Of a DNA stretch of 64,000 nucleotides, positions 62,798 through 64,000 are shown piece after piece. Both the position numbers and the translations under genes were made by a program. This DNA comes from Azolla caroliniana (taxonomy: Eukaryota; Plantae; Polypodiophyta). Position 1 is the stretch's first letter; each line of letters begins with the position of its first letter. The notes under the pieces were generated by a model. The model was not told the DNA's origin, searched no databases, and saw only the letters and a program-made list of their open reading frames with translations. Location of the stretch: contig JBHGNT010000008.1 in assembly GCA_043228905.1 (NCBI GenBank), positions 17,608,001 to 17,672,000 of the forward strand. The letters run 5' to 3'.

Positions 62798-64000
62798 TCA
62801 AAGTCGGAAACCATTGGCCCAACTTTTGACAGTGTCGCCGGCGAGTGTGCCGAGCTGGAACGTCCCGTTGAACTCGTCGATAATCCAGAATGGACCAATC
62901 CACCGAAATCTTAATTTTCCCAGCATTGACCCGAGTCGTGTTTGAAAAAGAAGAACTGGTTTGCCGATGGTGAGCTCCTTCTCCAGCCCGTGTCGATGTC
63001 GATCCACGAAAGCCTTGCGTTGCCGTTGGCATTGTTCGAGCTGGGCCATACTCTCTATCCTATCTTCACCGAGTTCGAGGAGTTGTTCTAGCCGGTATTG
63101 CTTGGATTGGGCCTCGGGGAGCCGTGCTTTGACTTGAACTCGGAGGCTCGGGACTTGGAACTCGACGGGCATTACGACTTCTAACCCGAACGCCATTCGA
63201 AAGGGGGTTGATGGGATGCTTGTTTTGAAAGTCGTACGATACGCCCACAGCGCGCTCTGGAGTTTGTCATCCCAATCGGTCCTGTTTTCATTGACGATCT
63301 TCTTGAGTATGGTTTGGAGGATTTTATTGGTCGATTCCACCAAGCCGTTCGCCTGCGGGTAGTATGGTGTGCTTTTCTTGTGCACCACCGCGTAGTGGTG
63401 TGTAAGCTCACGTATTATATGGTTGATGAAGTGCCCACCTTGATCACTAACGAGCTCGATTGGGCATCCGTAACGGCACCAGAGGTGCTCGTACACGAAT
63501 TTAGCCGTGAATGCCGCCATGTTATCTCGGAGTGCCTTAGCCTCGACCCATTTGGTGCAGTAATCCGTGGCAACGATAATATACCTATTCCCTGTTCGGG
63601 CCACGGGTGGTTTGAAAGGGCCTACAAAATCCAAACCCCATTTTTGAAATGGGTTCAACGGAAGAATCGGCTGGTGTGGCATCCGTGACTGTTCCATTGG
63701 TTGCCCCAGTCGTTGGCACAAATCGCACTGCCGGCAAAACTCGTGAGCGTCTTTCTTTGTTGTCGGCCACCACAATCCACTTTGCCAAACTTTCCTTGCC
63801 GTGGAATCCCCGGCGTAGTGCCCCCTAGCTACTCCCTGGTGGGCTTCCTGAAGAACGGCGTTCTTCTCAAATTGTCGAATCGCTCAGCGCCATATGCCGT
63901 CCGAGCCTTTGTGATAGAGAATGTCTGAGACGAGGCAAAAATTCCGGCTACGCACTGCTAGGCGTTTTCTCGTGTCAAGGGTCATGTGCTCGGGAGGTAC
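62798..64000 (-). pseudogene. Gypsy integrase
   Basis: EAH..GHYAG..WWPT..CRQCDLCQ, KWGLDFVGP, LVSDQGGHF, YYPQANGLVE, RWIGPF; one in-frame stop upstream of the 325-aa ORF. Confidence 0.92.

Larger units (their letters stand above)
51520..64000 (-). mobile_element. Large Ty3/Gypsy element (3' part) with extra 3' ORF; host of copy 2
   Basis: Integrase at 62798-64000, extra ORF, PPT AAAGGAGGAA (52077-52086) and putative 3' LTR 52076-51520 (TGAAAC...GTAACA). The 5' part lies outside the window. Confidence 0.8.

Overview
Eukaryotic nuclear DNA from a land plant, most likely a non-seed plant such as a fern. That assignment is inferred from the PLS-class PPR gene, a Tcn1-like chromovirus remnant and fungal-like Gypsy elements. 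A gene island (about 14-36 kb) holds an intron-containing holocarboxylase synthetase/biotin ligase (+), a single-exon PLS-E PPR gene (+), a small orphan ORF behind a TATA box, and a 9-exon PMT/DUF248 methyltransferase (-). Two nested LTR-retrotransposon clusters flank it. Left: a young, nearly intact Tnt1/Tork-like Copia (6050-11435) inside an internally deleted Copia with TG..CT ends (3702-12529). Right: two copies of a tRNA-Trp-primed Gypsy family (44406-51401 and 53928-60944); the second is inserted into a ~1000-codon extra ORF of a third, minus-strand Gypsy. Between island and right cluster lie a U6 retro-fragment beside a tRNA-derived SINE, LINE and chromovirus relics, and an intron-retaining hisHF (HISN4) pseudogene fragment. 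Most notable: (1) a conserved G_GAU_UUU slippery site plus pseudoknot candidate for -1 frameshifting after the protease, with a tRNA-Trp PBS and non-5-bp CpG-centred TSDs, in the Gypsy family; (2) the env-position extra ORF whose stop codon is the LTR terminus; (3) a candidate cassette-exon/uORF switch for dual targeting of HCS. All calls come from manual reading; no database searches were run.
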